Source: Vitrella brassicaformis CCMP3155
Taxonomy: Eukaryota > Protista > Chromerida
DNA length: 64,000 bases
Assembly: GCA_001179505.1 (NCBI GenBank)
Contig: CDMY01000314.1
Coordinates: 61,453 to 125,452 of the forward strand
Direction: 5' to 3'
The notes under the pieces are model-generated. The model worked only from the letters and a program-made list of their open reading frames with translations. It did not search any database and was not told the DNA's origin. Both the position numbers and the translations under genes were made by a program. Shown in pieces: positions 37,890 to 49,588 of the stretch; within the stretch, counting starts at the first letter, position 1, and every line of letters begins with the position of its first letter.

Positions 37890-38833
37890 TCAGAGGTGCA
37901 TCTCCCGCTTGGTCCTCAGCCAGTTGAGCCACAGCGACAGCAGGGCATGAACCAGCAGCGCAAAACCGTCATCCATATGAACCACACTATCTACAGCACT
38001 CTCACCCACACTCACTCTCTGTACATCATCAGACCCCCGGGCCGCCAACACACCATCGCCACCACCCCTGCCCCCTCTCTGCCGCAGCATCCCGGCCACG
38101 AGAGAGCGCAGGCTTCTCCCCAGCACGTATCTCCGCAGCATGTACAGCTCCACGCATTTCTTGACCAGATATACCACGGCTTTTGTCCTCATCGCCTCGA
38201 CCTCATGGGAGGGCTCAACCAGTGACATGGCGGGCTTCAGCGGGGCCGCCGTCGCCTTGCTCATCAGCAGTTGCTGGGAGTCGCGAGAGCACCGCGAGAG
38301 GTTCATTAAGACCATGCACTTCTCGGCAATGTCTGGATGGCACATCGCCCACACATTCGGACCCGTGTCTGTGTGTGCGGGTTGTCCACCTGGGTTGTCC
38401 GGTCACCTGATAGGATGAGAAGGCCCTCACAGAGCACCTGCACTCTCTCGAGCGACTGCATGAGGGGTCCGTCACCCTTCTGGCTGCCCCAGCTGGGCAT
38501 CGCCTTCACACAGATAAGGTCGTCCGTGACATCCTTGACAATGTCGATGTAGGCCACACAAAGGCGGAAGCATCGCATCACCAACGACTTGTCGAAATGA
38601 GCCTCCTGCAACTGCCACGCCGATTTGAGCACATGGCCGCAACGCATCAGGCCCATCGCCACGTCCAGCAACTCCACCAGGCTGGCAGCGGACTCCTTCT
38701 TCCTCCCAGTCGGCGCTCTGCTCAAGAGAAGCGTGACGGCTTTGAGCAGCTCGGCAAGCCGGTATCTCGTGTTCCAGATGTCCAGCATGTGGGCCAGCTG
38801 CTCCAAGACAGGAGCGGCTCCAGATGACGTCAT
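37890..38833 (-). CDS. PEX11-like peroxisomal membrane protein
   Basis: About 280-aa helical protein: YRLAELLKAVTLLL, IDIVKDVTDDLICV, RTKAVVYLVKKCVEL and C-terminal DDGFALLVHALLSLWLNW echo the PEX11 layout (LVKNxCD and GxxSSxxGxYxxW). By-eye similarity only. Confidence 0.5.
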
Positions 38834-39065
38834 GGACTGCCACAGATAGATAGATGCCGGTTTTCAGCGCTCAAAGACAAAGATCCATCGCCTCAGCCGT
38901 CGTGCTGTGTCCTCATTTCTGCTCTTCTCGCCTTTGCCGCCCAGCGATCGGCATGTTCTTCCTTCAGCTCGCAACTCGAAAGAAGCAGCTGACAAAAAAG
39001 GAGCCAGTCCGCCACGCAGCGCGTTTCCTAACGAACGACATCGGTTCTTCACTCCATCTTGTCGC

Positions 39066-40799
39066 ATGAGTCGCCGGCTGCAGCAGAGTCAGAGCGCTCA
39101 GCTCATCGGCCGCTCCCGAGCCGAGCGGCTGCTCGACAGGCTCTACCACCACCAAAGCAAGGAGCTCAGGAAGCGACAGAGGGAGCAGGGAGCGGCGGCC
39201 GGCGTCAACGAGGCACTCAAGAGGCAGCGACTCGCCATCCCTGCTCCCGCAGCGCCTGTCAAGAAGCCGCGCTCCGAGCCTGTCGCACAGACGCCCGTCG
39301 ACGCGCTCGCCAAGATCGTGACCTACGCCCAGCACCGGCAGAAGTTCCCCAAGGCGATGGAGCTGCTGATCAAGCTGACAAAGGACCACATGACGGCGGA
39401 GACCAAGGGGTACTTCCTCACGGGCATTGGGAGGATCATGGCCCATAATCACGCCACTTCCAGCCCTGAGGGCCGTCCGCGCGTCATCCAGCTGTTCGAG
39501 CAGGAGCTGCTGCCCAAGACCAAGAGCGGCGATGGCGGCGGCGAGCCGTTCTTTGGCGAGTTGGAGAGGGAGTTTGTGGAGATCCTGGCTATCGCCGCTG
39601 TGCACCACAACAAGCTCTTCACGGACGACACGTACCAGTTCACCACCAGCCTCAGTCGCCTCAAGGCCGTGTTCGAGGCGCTCGAGCCGTACACCCAGAC
39701 CGAGATAGAGGAGATGGTGGATGACGACGAACAGGAGCAGCAGGAGGCGGAGCAGAAGGTTGAGGGAAGGGCAGAGGGGGAGGGCGCCGAGGGTGAGCCT
39801 GCGCCGCAGGAGCATCGAAGCGCTCCCGTGACCGTCAAGAAGGAACAAGGTGGGCAAACAGACCTTTAAACACACGTCACGTGAGGAATGCATCTGGGCT
39901 CTCTCCCCTGTGTATGTGTGCAGATGAGGAGCCTTCAAGTGCGGGTGATGGTCCGGTCGACGCAGCGGCTTCATCGGCCGCCGTCAAGCCCGAGGAGCAG
40001 GATAACGATTCCGAGTTTGGATCGTCATTTGCAGCGGCCGCGCCCTCGTCGCACGCACTGCTCGAGTGGAGCGCGCCGTCCAGGTGAGCAACATTCGTGC
40101 GGCCGTGCATGTTCGATGGCGTATTTCTGATGGATGTCTGTGTGCAGGGATGAGCTGTGTATGATGAAGCGGCTTTATTTCTTCAACGCGCTCAGCACCA
40201 TCTTCACCTACAGACACGTAAGCCAAGGCGGCGGGCCGCACACGACCTCACGACTCTCGCGGCCCTTCAGTCCCTGCATCTCTCCGTGTGAATGGGTTCT
40301 TGCAGAAATCCTGGGCGAGGACGGCTGTCGAGCATCTCTTCCAGCAGGTGTACCTGAAAAGGTACCCATAACCCGCCCACACCACCACCGCTACACACAC
40401 ACGTGGCTGTGTGCACCTGTGACGGTCAGGTCTCTGTTCTCCCCCGCCGAGCAGGAGCAGATCTCGTCCTGGCAGTCGGACATCAAAACACACAAGAAAC
40501 AGGGACCATGTAAGCCCACAAATCCATGCGCGTCGAGCCGCTGATCCAATCGGTCGGTGATGCTTTGTGTGTGGGTGTGTGTTGTGCTGTTCAGCTGTCG
40601 GTGCGTTGGGCATCGGCGAGGCCGCCGATCCAGTGCGAGACGCGCGAGAGGAGCGGCTATCCACTGCACACGGTAGGCACCTACACCCACAAGACCTCTG
40701 TGTGCTCACGTGATTGATGCCTGTGTGGTGTGTGCTGTGCTGTGCTGTGCTGTGGGTGCAGGGTCGGGTGTCTGGGCGGCCAAGCAGTTCGGATTGTAG
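39066..40799 (+). CDS. Conserved-looking hypothetical helical protein (basic N-terminus, probably nuclear)
   Basis: The splice chain yields KRLYFFNALSTIFTYRH|KSWARTAVEHLFQQVYLKR|SLFSPAEQEQISSWQSDIK...VRDAREERLSTAHG|SGVWAAKQFGL* (TAG 40797-40799), with all phases compatible. Confidence 0.75.
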
Positions 40800-41942
40800 C
40801 GCCGCACCCTCGGGCCCTGTAGCGTAGCGTACCTGCGTGCGTGCGAGTGTATAGAGAATGAGTAATTGCTGAGCGCTACTGCAGGGCCGGGAATGAACGG
40901 GCTGGGCTATGGGTTCGACGTGTGACACACACACAGTGAGGGAGAGGTTTCTGTCATTGATAAATGACTTAGCGGATGTGATGTCTGCCAGTTCCCCACA
41001 CCACACCCCCCAATTCTGTGTGTGTGAAACCACATGCAGCCCTCATTGGATGGCCTCACTGAACCACACAGACGCCACGCCCATATCGCTCCCCTCCCTC
41101 CCTCCCTCTGTGTCCAGTGTGCGTGTTTGCCGACTCTCACGCACACCAGATCAGAGCACTCCCAATGACAGCAAAGAGAGACACACGACACGAACGCAGC
41201 CGTCAGTCAGACAGCCAGACACTCAACCACACACGAGAGTCACAAGCTTCGCCCCTCCCGCTGTCTTTCAGCCCAAAGACACCCATGGCTGAGTGCACCG
41301 AGAGACGTGATCTGTCTTCCCTCACGACGACAAGAGCAAAGAACCAAGGAAAATTATTCAAGAAATGACAAAGAACTAAGAAATCATGAAACCCGCAGTG
41401 GACGACGCTATTCTGCCGCCTCGTCAGTCAGTAAGTCAGTCTGTCTGTCTGTCTGTCCGGCTGTGTGCCTGCGTCTCTGCACAAAAGAAAAACACTCTCT
41501 CACACACGAATCCATCAGACGACATCACCACAGACAGACCACTCAAGGAGGACAGAGAGACACACAACACACACGCAGCCGTCAGTCAGATGGCCACAAC
41601 ACTCAGCCACAAAGGGGAGAGAGAGAGAGAGAGAGACATCCGAGAGGCACAGACGAGGCATTCAGGCAAACACAGCGGCCGTCATCACCGCACCCCCTCC
41701 CCTCTCTCTGTCAGCGGCCCGCACAGACACACTGCCCCGCCCGCCCCCGGCCATTCTGTGTATGTCACGTCTGCACACACACTGACAGACAGCGAGACCA
41801 CACGAAACATAACGTCGTCCCTGCACATAAAAGCAGCAGCGTCGATCTCACTCTGTGGGTGGGGGCGGGGGGGTGTAAGTGAATTAGTAGGCACACGACA
41901 GACACACCATGACTCTCTCCCTTCCCCTCCTCCCGCTGACGC

Positions 41943-43084
41943 TCAGAGTCCCAAGCCGGGGCCCACGGGGGCCTGATCCGAGGCGCATAGGAAGTTGTTG
42001 CCACACACTCCCTGAGGCTCGAGATCGAGCAGGAGGCAGTCAAAATCTTCCAAGCATTGAACGCGTCGCACTGCGCATTGGGCGCCCGTCTGGGCGGCTC
42101 GCATGGTGCCGCCCTCGTTGAACATAACCGTGATGCCGATAAAAAGACCGAATGGTCCAAACCGAATGAGTTGGACAGTCGTAATTGTCTCCCCATCAGG
42201 TGTGACAAATCCTTCCGCTGTCAATATTCCGTCTGCGTCATCAGGGATGGTCTGCATTGAGTCGAGTCATCCATATGGCCGTACACACACCAGGTGCGCT
42301 CTGCTTACCACTTGGACGACGGTCACACTGCCATCCAGCTCACCCACGACAACATCGCCGATTTTGGCCACTACGACTACACCGTCAGCAGACACAGTGG
42401 TGTTACTCCAGGCCAGTTCTGACACGATTCCAATCTGACACGACACACGATTGCACATCACAGGCCTCCCGTGGGTGTCGAATAATCCACGGCCTCGATG
42501 GATTCAGTGCCGTCGAGTGCGCACCTGGGACCGGAGATCGGTGAGAGTCGGAATGCCAGTGTTTGCACATCCGTCCATGATAAACTGATCCTCGGAACAC
42601 ACACATCTGCAGACAAACAAACAGGACAGTGTCATGCAGCCAAGGGGTCAAGAGGTCACGGCCGGCCGTGTGTGTGATCGTACTCGACGTGTGGCGGGTG
42701 CAATCGCCTCTTCTCGGCCCCGGCCGCGGTGTCATTGGCGCTGGTCAAGGTGGGCGCTGTGTTGGGGCGGAGGAGGCCGGCACCGCTCGCGGCACACAGC
42801 GGCACCAGCCACGGGGGAAAGGCTAACGCCACACAGACGGCCAGAGAGCACACCAGACAGACAGACAGACAGACAGACAGGTGTAAGAGTGGTGTGGTGT
42901 GTGGGGGCGGTGCCCACCTGCCAGTGAGACCACGAGCCGCAGGGCAGCGGGGGACAGCACAGACGACCGCATCACTGAGGCCTCCTTGGTCAGTGAGTGG
43001 GGGGAGGGAGACTGCAGCCGACAAGAGAGAACACAGCACTGTCAGGCAAAGCTTTGCCAGTGGCCGTTGAGATGATCGGCACAT
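41943..43084 (-). CDS. Secreted beta-rich protein with a C-terminal Cys module, function unknown
   Basis: Signal peptide MCRSSQRPLAKLCLTVLCSLLSAAVS. Exons VCVPRISLSWTDVQTLAFRL, IGIVSELAWSNTTVSADGVVVVAKIG and ...CAVRRVQCLEDFDCLLLDLEPQGVCGNNFLC. Confidence 0.55.
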
Positions 43085-44179
43085 TGTTTCGGCGTGGCCA
43101 GGTTGACGGAGATTCTGGCCTCTTGATGGGGCATTTCTTTGCCCTTCGTCTGTCGACAAAGTGCTCTCCTTTGAGTCGTCTGCCCCTCCCCTCCCCTCCC
43201 CCCTGCTGTCCTTTGAAGCCTTCAGCAGCTCACGGTGCGTTCGTCTCTGTTGGCTCCCGCCGCCGCGGCCTGCTGGTCGTCATCACACCGCCCCGGTGAG
43301 CTCTCACGTCACTCCGACAAGGCCAGCACATTGATCCATAACACACACACATACACACACTGTCGGTCGGCACATAGTTCGCACGACAGCTCAGCCATTG
43401 CAGCGTCGCTCTCTCTGTCTTGGGGGCGGTCACACGCAGCGCAGCCAGGAGCGATATCAGACACACACACACACACACACACACACGGCCAGACAGACGG
43501 TCGTCCCGTGAAAAAGCCTTGAACCCGCCCCGCCCTCCCTTCCAGCAACTCAGGCGTACACTGGCACACACACACGCAGCCGTGGAGTGGACAAAACAAA
43601 AAACTCTCTCTGATGTCTGTCTGCCTGTCTGGTTGGCGGCAAAATTGCAGACAGACGTGGGTATGTGGGCCAAACGCCCCAACCAAGCTACACATAGTAG
43701 GGAAATGACAGGCATGGCCGCTGCTCTTCTAGCATGCACCGCACCGTCTTGTGAGTTGCCCCTATGGACGGTGAAGAACAACAGCCGGCAAGAGGGTTCT
43801 TGTCGTCTGCTGTCAGACGCCGGCCACAATGGGAAAGCACCAAAGACGCAACAGGTGCGCAACGACCCGAAACGCAACACTGAACAGGTCCACACGTCTC
43901 ACGAGTCTTATCTTCGCTGGCTGTCAGCATGGGTGGCTCCTCTGTCTCTGTGGCCGCCCTCGGTGAGGGAGACACGCCGACACGGAATACAGCCTGCGTG
44001 TCCACCTTACCGAACGTCACCACACAGACACAGGCCCACCCACAGCCTCTGATCTCCTCCCTGTCTCTCTCTCTCTCTCTCTCTCATGAGCACTCATTAA
44101 TCTCTCAACAAACTCAATCGCAACAGCCCGACGACGCAGTACAGCACACACCATACACGCACACACACACATGGTCGGT

Positions 44180-45510
44180 CACTGTGGTGGCCTCGATGCG
44201 GAGCCGATGGTGAACTCGGGCAGCGCAGACGGCACGGCGGGTGCTGTGTCCTTGTAGTCGGAGTAGTCGACCGTCCCCAGCAACCCCTCACTCTGCAGGT
44301 CGCCGTAAACGGGGTCCTCCGTATCCTAACCAACCACCACACCACAGGCAGATGATAAATTTCTCTCTCTCTCTCTCTCTGTGTGTGTGGTGGGGGGGGG
44401 GGGGGGGGGGGNNNNNNNNNNNNNNNNNNNNNNNNNNNNNNNNNNNNNNNNNNNNNNNNNNNNNNNNNNNNNNNNNNNNNNNNNNNNNNNNNNNNNNNNN
44501 NNNNNNNNNNNNNNNNNNNNNNNNNNNNNNNNNNNNNNNNNNNNNNNNNNNNNNNNNNNNNNNNNNNNNNNNNNNNNNNNNNNNNNNNNNNNNNNNNNNN
44601 NNNNNNNNNNNNNNNNNNNNNNNNNNNNNNNNNNNNNNNNNNNNNNNNNNNNNNNNNNNNNNNNNNNNNNNNNNNNNNNNNNNNNNNNNNNNNNNNNNNN
44701 NNNNNNNNNNNGGGGGGGGGGGGGGGGGGGGAAGAGTATTGGCGGCGCACCTCTGAGTACCACCCGTGGCCGAGGTATGAGCCTTGGTATGGCGTGAAGT
44801 TGGGGTTGCTCACGTAGCTGCCCTCAAACTCCTGTAAAGGAGGCCTGCACACACGACACCAGTGAGTGGCTGCGTTGCTCGGTCGCTCCTAGTGCGTGTG
44901 CTAGCTACTTGAGCAGTATGTCCTCGACGTCCCTCTGGATGGTCGCGCACATGTCGGCCAAGGTCAGCTGCTTGTTGACGGCGTCAAACGGCTCCTCAAT
45001 GAAGTGACCAATCTCCTGCACACACACATTCACATACACAGAGACCGACATCACCCAGCGCCCTCTCGCTCTCCCAATCTGACCGACCTCGATGGAGAAC
45101 ATGGCCCATCCGACGACAAACATGACGAGCGGCGTGAGCAGCCCCAGCTTGGTCACCAGTATGAGAGGGAGGGTGGCCATGAAGACGGTCAGGAAGCGGG
45201 ATGTGTGGCGCGAGTACGACTTGGGAATGGGCGTCTTGGCGATACGCTCGCACGCACCCAGCACGTCGCACAGGGTGCCCACCACCTGTTCCATGCTCGC
45301 ACGGTAGCCTGGTTGGCCGATCGAGGACATGAACAAGTTGACGGTGAAAAGTGTCAAGGAGAGGAAGTGGTGTTCGTGTGTGTGGTACCTGGATTGAACC
45401 AGAGTTCCTTCCAGAGAGCATTGTGGTCCGTCACCACGGCGGGGGAGTCGACCTTGATGCGCCCTGCAGTGGTGCCCTCCATGCCCAGAGGCTGCATCAA
45501 CATCATGGCT

Positions 45511-45544
<34 letters not shown>

Positions 45545-46859
45545 TAAGGTCGTCCATTCGAGGTGTGGCCGGTTGGTTACTTTGTTGGGTGGGGAGTCCC
45601 TCCCTTTGTCGCTCCTGGACGAGCTCGATAGGGTCCTGGAGCGCCAAACGCAGCTCCAGGTTGATCATCCGCAAAATGTACAGCGGAGGGCTGCCCACTC
45701 TGATAACACCACACCACACCACACAGATGTGTGAGCACGTGTGCAGCTATGGCCTGCCTCAGTCAATCAAGGGCTGGCTGCGCTGCTCACTTGCGCAGCG
45801 TCTCCATCTCCTGTTCGGTGAAGAACCGCTCCAGCTCTGAGATGTCGTCAATGCTCTGCAGGTGCTGCTTCAGGGACGCGCAGAAAGCCGATATCAGCTT
45901 CCCGAACCCTGTCAGCAGACAGACACGCAACACAACACAACACATTCGACACACATGTGCTGTGTGTGCGACGGTTGAGCCGCTCTCACTCTCATGGTGT
46001 CTTGGTTCAGTGTAGGTGGCGGCGTTGTAGGCCAGCTCGCGCGACTTGTTGACCAGTGTCCCCCACAGCTTGCGCGCCTCCCAGAACCTACACACACACA
46101 CACGCGCGCGCGCACACACACACACACCAGCAGCCACAGAGAATGGCGGCCCATCGATGGCTGCGCGAGTGGTGTGTTGATGTGTCCATATGTGGTACCT
46201 ACCTGTCGTAGGACGCGTTTGTCCTGAAGACGAGGAGCAGCGCGACTGCGGAGGACATGATGGTGTGGGGGAGGATGGGGAAGTCGGGCAGATTGGGGTC
46301 GTACTCGTAGATGCCCGCAATGAGAGCCGCCCACACCTGCCCGCATTGACCGCAATGCAGTCAGAGTGAGAGAATCATTGGCTCACAGCCTCTCTTGGTT
46401 GAGAGGAGCTGATTTCTCGTTTCTCTCAACGTACCGTGTTCCAGAGGAGGTGCGACTGGATTCGCGTGAAGATGGTCGACGACGGCAGCGACTTGAGCGC
46501 ATAGATCCAGTCCTGCACACAACACACACGCAGCACAGAGGCATCCATTGTGCCCTGCTGCTCACTGCAGGTGTGCTGCTCGCCCTCTGCCCCTCTCAGC
46601 TGACCTTAGATGAGTATCTGACAGGCTTCTTGAGTGCGCTCTGTGCCGTCAGCGGGACCTCATCATCGGCGCCGCCCCACAGCAGGTCGTCCGTCAGGGG
46701 ATCTGCCCATCGCGGTCGCCTGTTGTGGTTTCTCGCCACCTTGGCGGACACAGGGGCGGTGATGGGAGAGGGGGGGAGGAGGAAAGATGTCGACGATGCA
46801 GATGCATCGGTGACCAACAGACCTGCTGCGGCCGCTACGGTGAATCTGCGCACACGCAT
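44180..46859 (-). CDS. Bestrophin-like (UPF0187/YneE) anion channel, VCCN1-type, with bipartite plastid leader and C-terminal extension spanning a gap
   Basis: RFWEARKLWGTLVNKSRELA, GACERIAKTPIPKSYSRHTSRFL and FSIE|EIGHFIEEPF are signature motifs. Leader MRVRRFTVAAAAGLLVTDASASSTSFLLP; PVRYSSK precedes the pore region. The 3' end is approximate. Confidence 0.9.
44412..44711. other. Scaffold gap (300 N) flanked by poly-G
   Basis: G homopolymers on both sides. Confidence 0.95.
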
Positions 46860-46916
46860 CTTTCGAGTCGGAGTGTGCTGTGCGCCCTCTGCCAACTGCG
46901 GCAAGTGATCGCGCAG

Positions 46917-46940
46917 AAACCCTAAACCCCGAACCCTAAA
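46917..46940 (+). promoter_or_regulatory. Telo-box / interstitial (TTTAGGG)-type repeats in a 131-bp divergent promoter
   Basis: AAACCCTAAACCCCGAACCCTAAA lies between the ATGs at 46859 (-) and 46991 (+). Confidence 0.65.
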
Positions 46941-46990
46941 AGAAGAGCAACGGGGCCAAAGAGGGAGATCTGTGGAAGAAGCAGCGCGCC

Positions 46991-48034
46991 ATGCCGATCT
47001 CTACGAATGCAGAGGCCTTCGACTCATCGCCGCCGGCATCAAGCAGCCGCTTCGAGAGGAACGTGGCTGTGTTCGGCAGCTCCTCCGCTGCTGCAGGAAG
47101 CGGAGAGTACGCTCTTGCTGAGGAGATCGGGGCGCTGCTGGCTCGCCGAGGCTGTCGAGTCATCAACGGGGGCTACGGGGGTGTTATGGAAGCGACTGCC
47201 AAGGGCGCACGAGAAGCTGTGCCGGACGCGCAAGTGAGAGGTCAGAGAGAATGAGGGATAGTGACTGTTCGTTTGCAGTGGTGCATGCCGTTGATTCTCG
47301 CTGTCAGGCATCATCGTTCCGAGCATCTTTCGCAGGCGACCGAAGCATGGCAACGACTATCTGTCGGATGCCTTTGTGGCGCAGAGTTTGGTGGAGCGGC
47401 TCGACCACCTGACAAATGACGCGCGCGTCTTCATTGTCCTGCCAGGTCGGTCGCCCTGTCGGTCGCAGGGAGAGAGCCGATGCACCAACCGGCTGGCTGG
47501 TGTGTGTGTGTGTGGTGGTCATGCAGGCAAGATCGGCACGCTCACGGAGCTGATGCTGGTGTGGAATCAAGCCGACCTCGCGCACCACATCGACGCGTAC
47601 GCCGACAAATGAGGGAGTGAGGGAGTGAGGGAGTCTGTGTGGTTGGGATGCCTGCTGCATGTTGTGCTGTTTGCGGGCAGTGAGCCGCCATTAGTGATAG
47701 CATTTCGTGAGCCCTTCGAGCCGATCGTCATGTGAGCGGGCCGCAATACACGAGCATGTTTGCCAGGTGCATCATCATGTCTTCCTGATGTGTCTGTCTG
47801 TGTTTGTGTGTTCCGTCGTGCAGTGTGTGCATGGAGGCGCTCGAGATGTCTGAACAGACAAGGGTAGGCAGCAGAGAGGAGGGAGGGATGCGCTTCGCAT
47901 GTTGAGCACAGTCCCTGCCTGCCTGCCTGCAGAGCCTGGTTCGTCTTGTGGATACGCCTGAGGAGGCTGTGACGCTCGCCGGCGAGTACCTGGATGAGCG
48001 CGAAGAGAGAGCCAAAGCTGTTGAAGGATCTTGA
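46991..48034 (+). CDS. LOG: LOG/SLOG-family nucleotide monophosphate phosphoribohydrolase (type II LOG-like)
   Basis: VAVFGSS...INGGYGGVMEATAKGA, ERLDHLTNDARVFIVLPG|KIGTLTELMLVW, EPPLVIAFREPF and SLVRLVDTPEEAV...GS* (stop 48032-48034) after splicing. Confidence 0.9.
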
Positions 48035-48228
48035 AAGGACTGCATGCCTTGCAATCAAATCAAATGGGGTCCAATGGGACTGAACTGGGACTGGGACCGC
48101 ATGCATCGCACCAAAAGATAGAATTTACGATTCGCTCGGGGGATCCGCTGGATAGTTGCCCCTTTTGCGTTTGGCGTGTTATTGAGTTGACGGGCCACGG
48201 CCACTCCATCCCTTGTTCCCGTCGGGCG

Positions 48229-49556
48229 ATGGATGCGCCTCGTTCGCACGAGTTGGCTTTGGCGAAGCAGCAGTGTGAGGCCGAGATGAGGAAGGATATA
48301 GACAAGATGCTGGGGCGGATGGCCGACTGCGACACCGTCCACGTCGGGCATCACGACATAAGCGAGTTTATCAAACGCATCGAACCACATCTGCTCATCA
48401 AGACCCTCGCGCTCGTCTTTGTAAGCCATCCATCCACGAGCCTTCTTGACACACTGTGTGGGCGTCCATGTGTGTGTGTGTGCGTGTGTGTGTTTGTTGA
48501 CAGGAGTGTCTGCACCCGAAGCAGCTGCGCATTCAGCGCTCGCCGATGATCAAGCGGGAGAGCGTCCGTGCCTACAGCATGATAGTGCAGCAGCACCCCG
48601 TCTTCTGCTACAACCACCACACCACCATACTCAAGTCTATATTCGAGGGACTCCTCGACAGACTACAGGTACAGTACACGGCACAGCAAACGAAGGGCAC
48701 ACGCACATATGGGAGGGAAATCACCATCTATACGCTTGGACGCATTTGTCGCGCAGGATGGCACACAGGAGCATGCTGACACCCACATGAACACTGCCCT
48801 GGACAGTGAGGGGCGACGCTCATCCATCCATCCATCCACCCAATCTGTCTGTGTTGCCGTGTCTTTTGTTTTGTTGTGCAGAGTGCGTGTCAGCCATCAC
48901 GAGGACGCTGATGGGTTTGGCCTTCCCGCAGGACCTCGACGGCACCCCGCTGGAGGAGTATGTGACCGAGGGTGTGCGAGGGGTGTTCCAGTCACTCACC
49001 AGACCCCTGTTAGACTCGCTGCCCTCCTCCAAACAGGTGGGCACATCACATACATGGTCCCGGAGAAGATGGGCGAGGGTCCATATGATGTGTCCATGTG
49101 TCTGTGTGTTTGGTTTGGCTGGTGTGTTCGTCATCCATCCATTGTCAGGCGAAGGGCACATCGCAGCCGAAGTGCGTTCAGATTGGTGCGGCCACCTGCC
49201 TGACGGCCGTCATCAAAAGTATGCTCACGCGCCCACATCACGTCACGTGCGCACAAGTGTGGTATCGTCTCGTTCTATCTATCGTGCAGATTGCCCCGCG
49301 GAAATGTTGTTGGACCAGCAGCCGCGGCTCGTGCAGCGGCTCATCACCGTCATACGTGCCTACACCCACACCGCACACATTCCATGTGCACTCCTCCCTC
49401 GCTTAGGGAATGTGTGTGTGATTTCTGTCGTGGACAGGGACCCCCGAGCATCTGGTGCAGGCCAAGCCTGAGACCCTCCTGGCCCTCACACACCTATACC
49501 TGGTACACACACATCACACACAGCTCCACGTTACAGGCAAGTCGGTGTTGTGGTCA

Positions 49557-49588
<32 letters not shown>

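Noticed and set aside
42480-42610. Kringle-like peptide YHGRMCKHWHSDSH in ORF 42403-42735
   Set aside because: The other kringle cysteines and the NYCRNPD motif are absent, and an alternative frame splices consistently with neighbouring exons.
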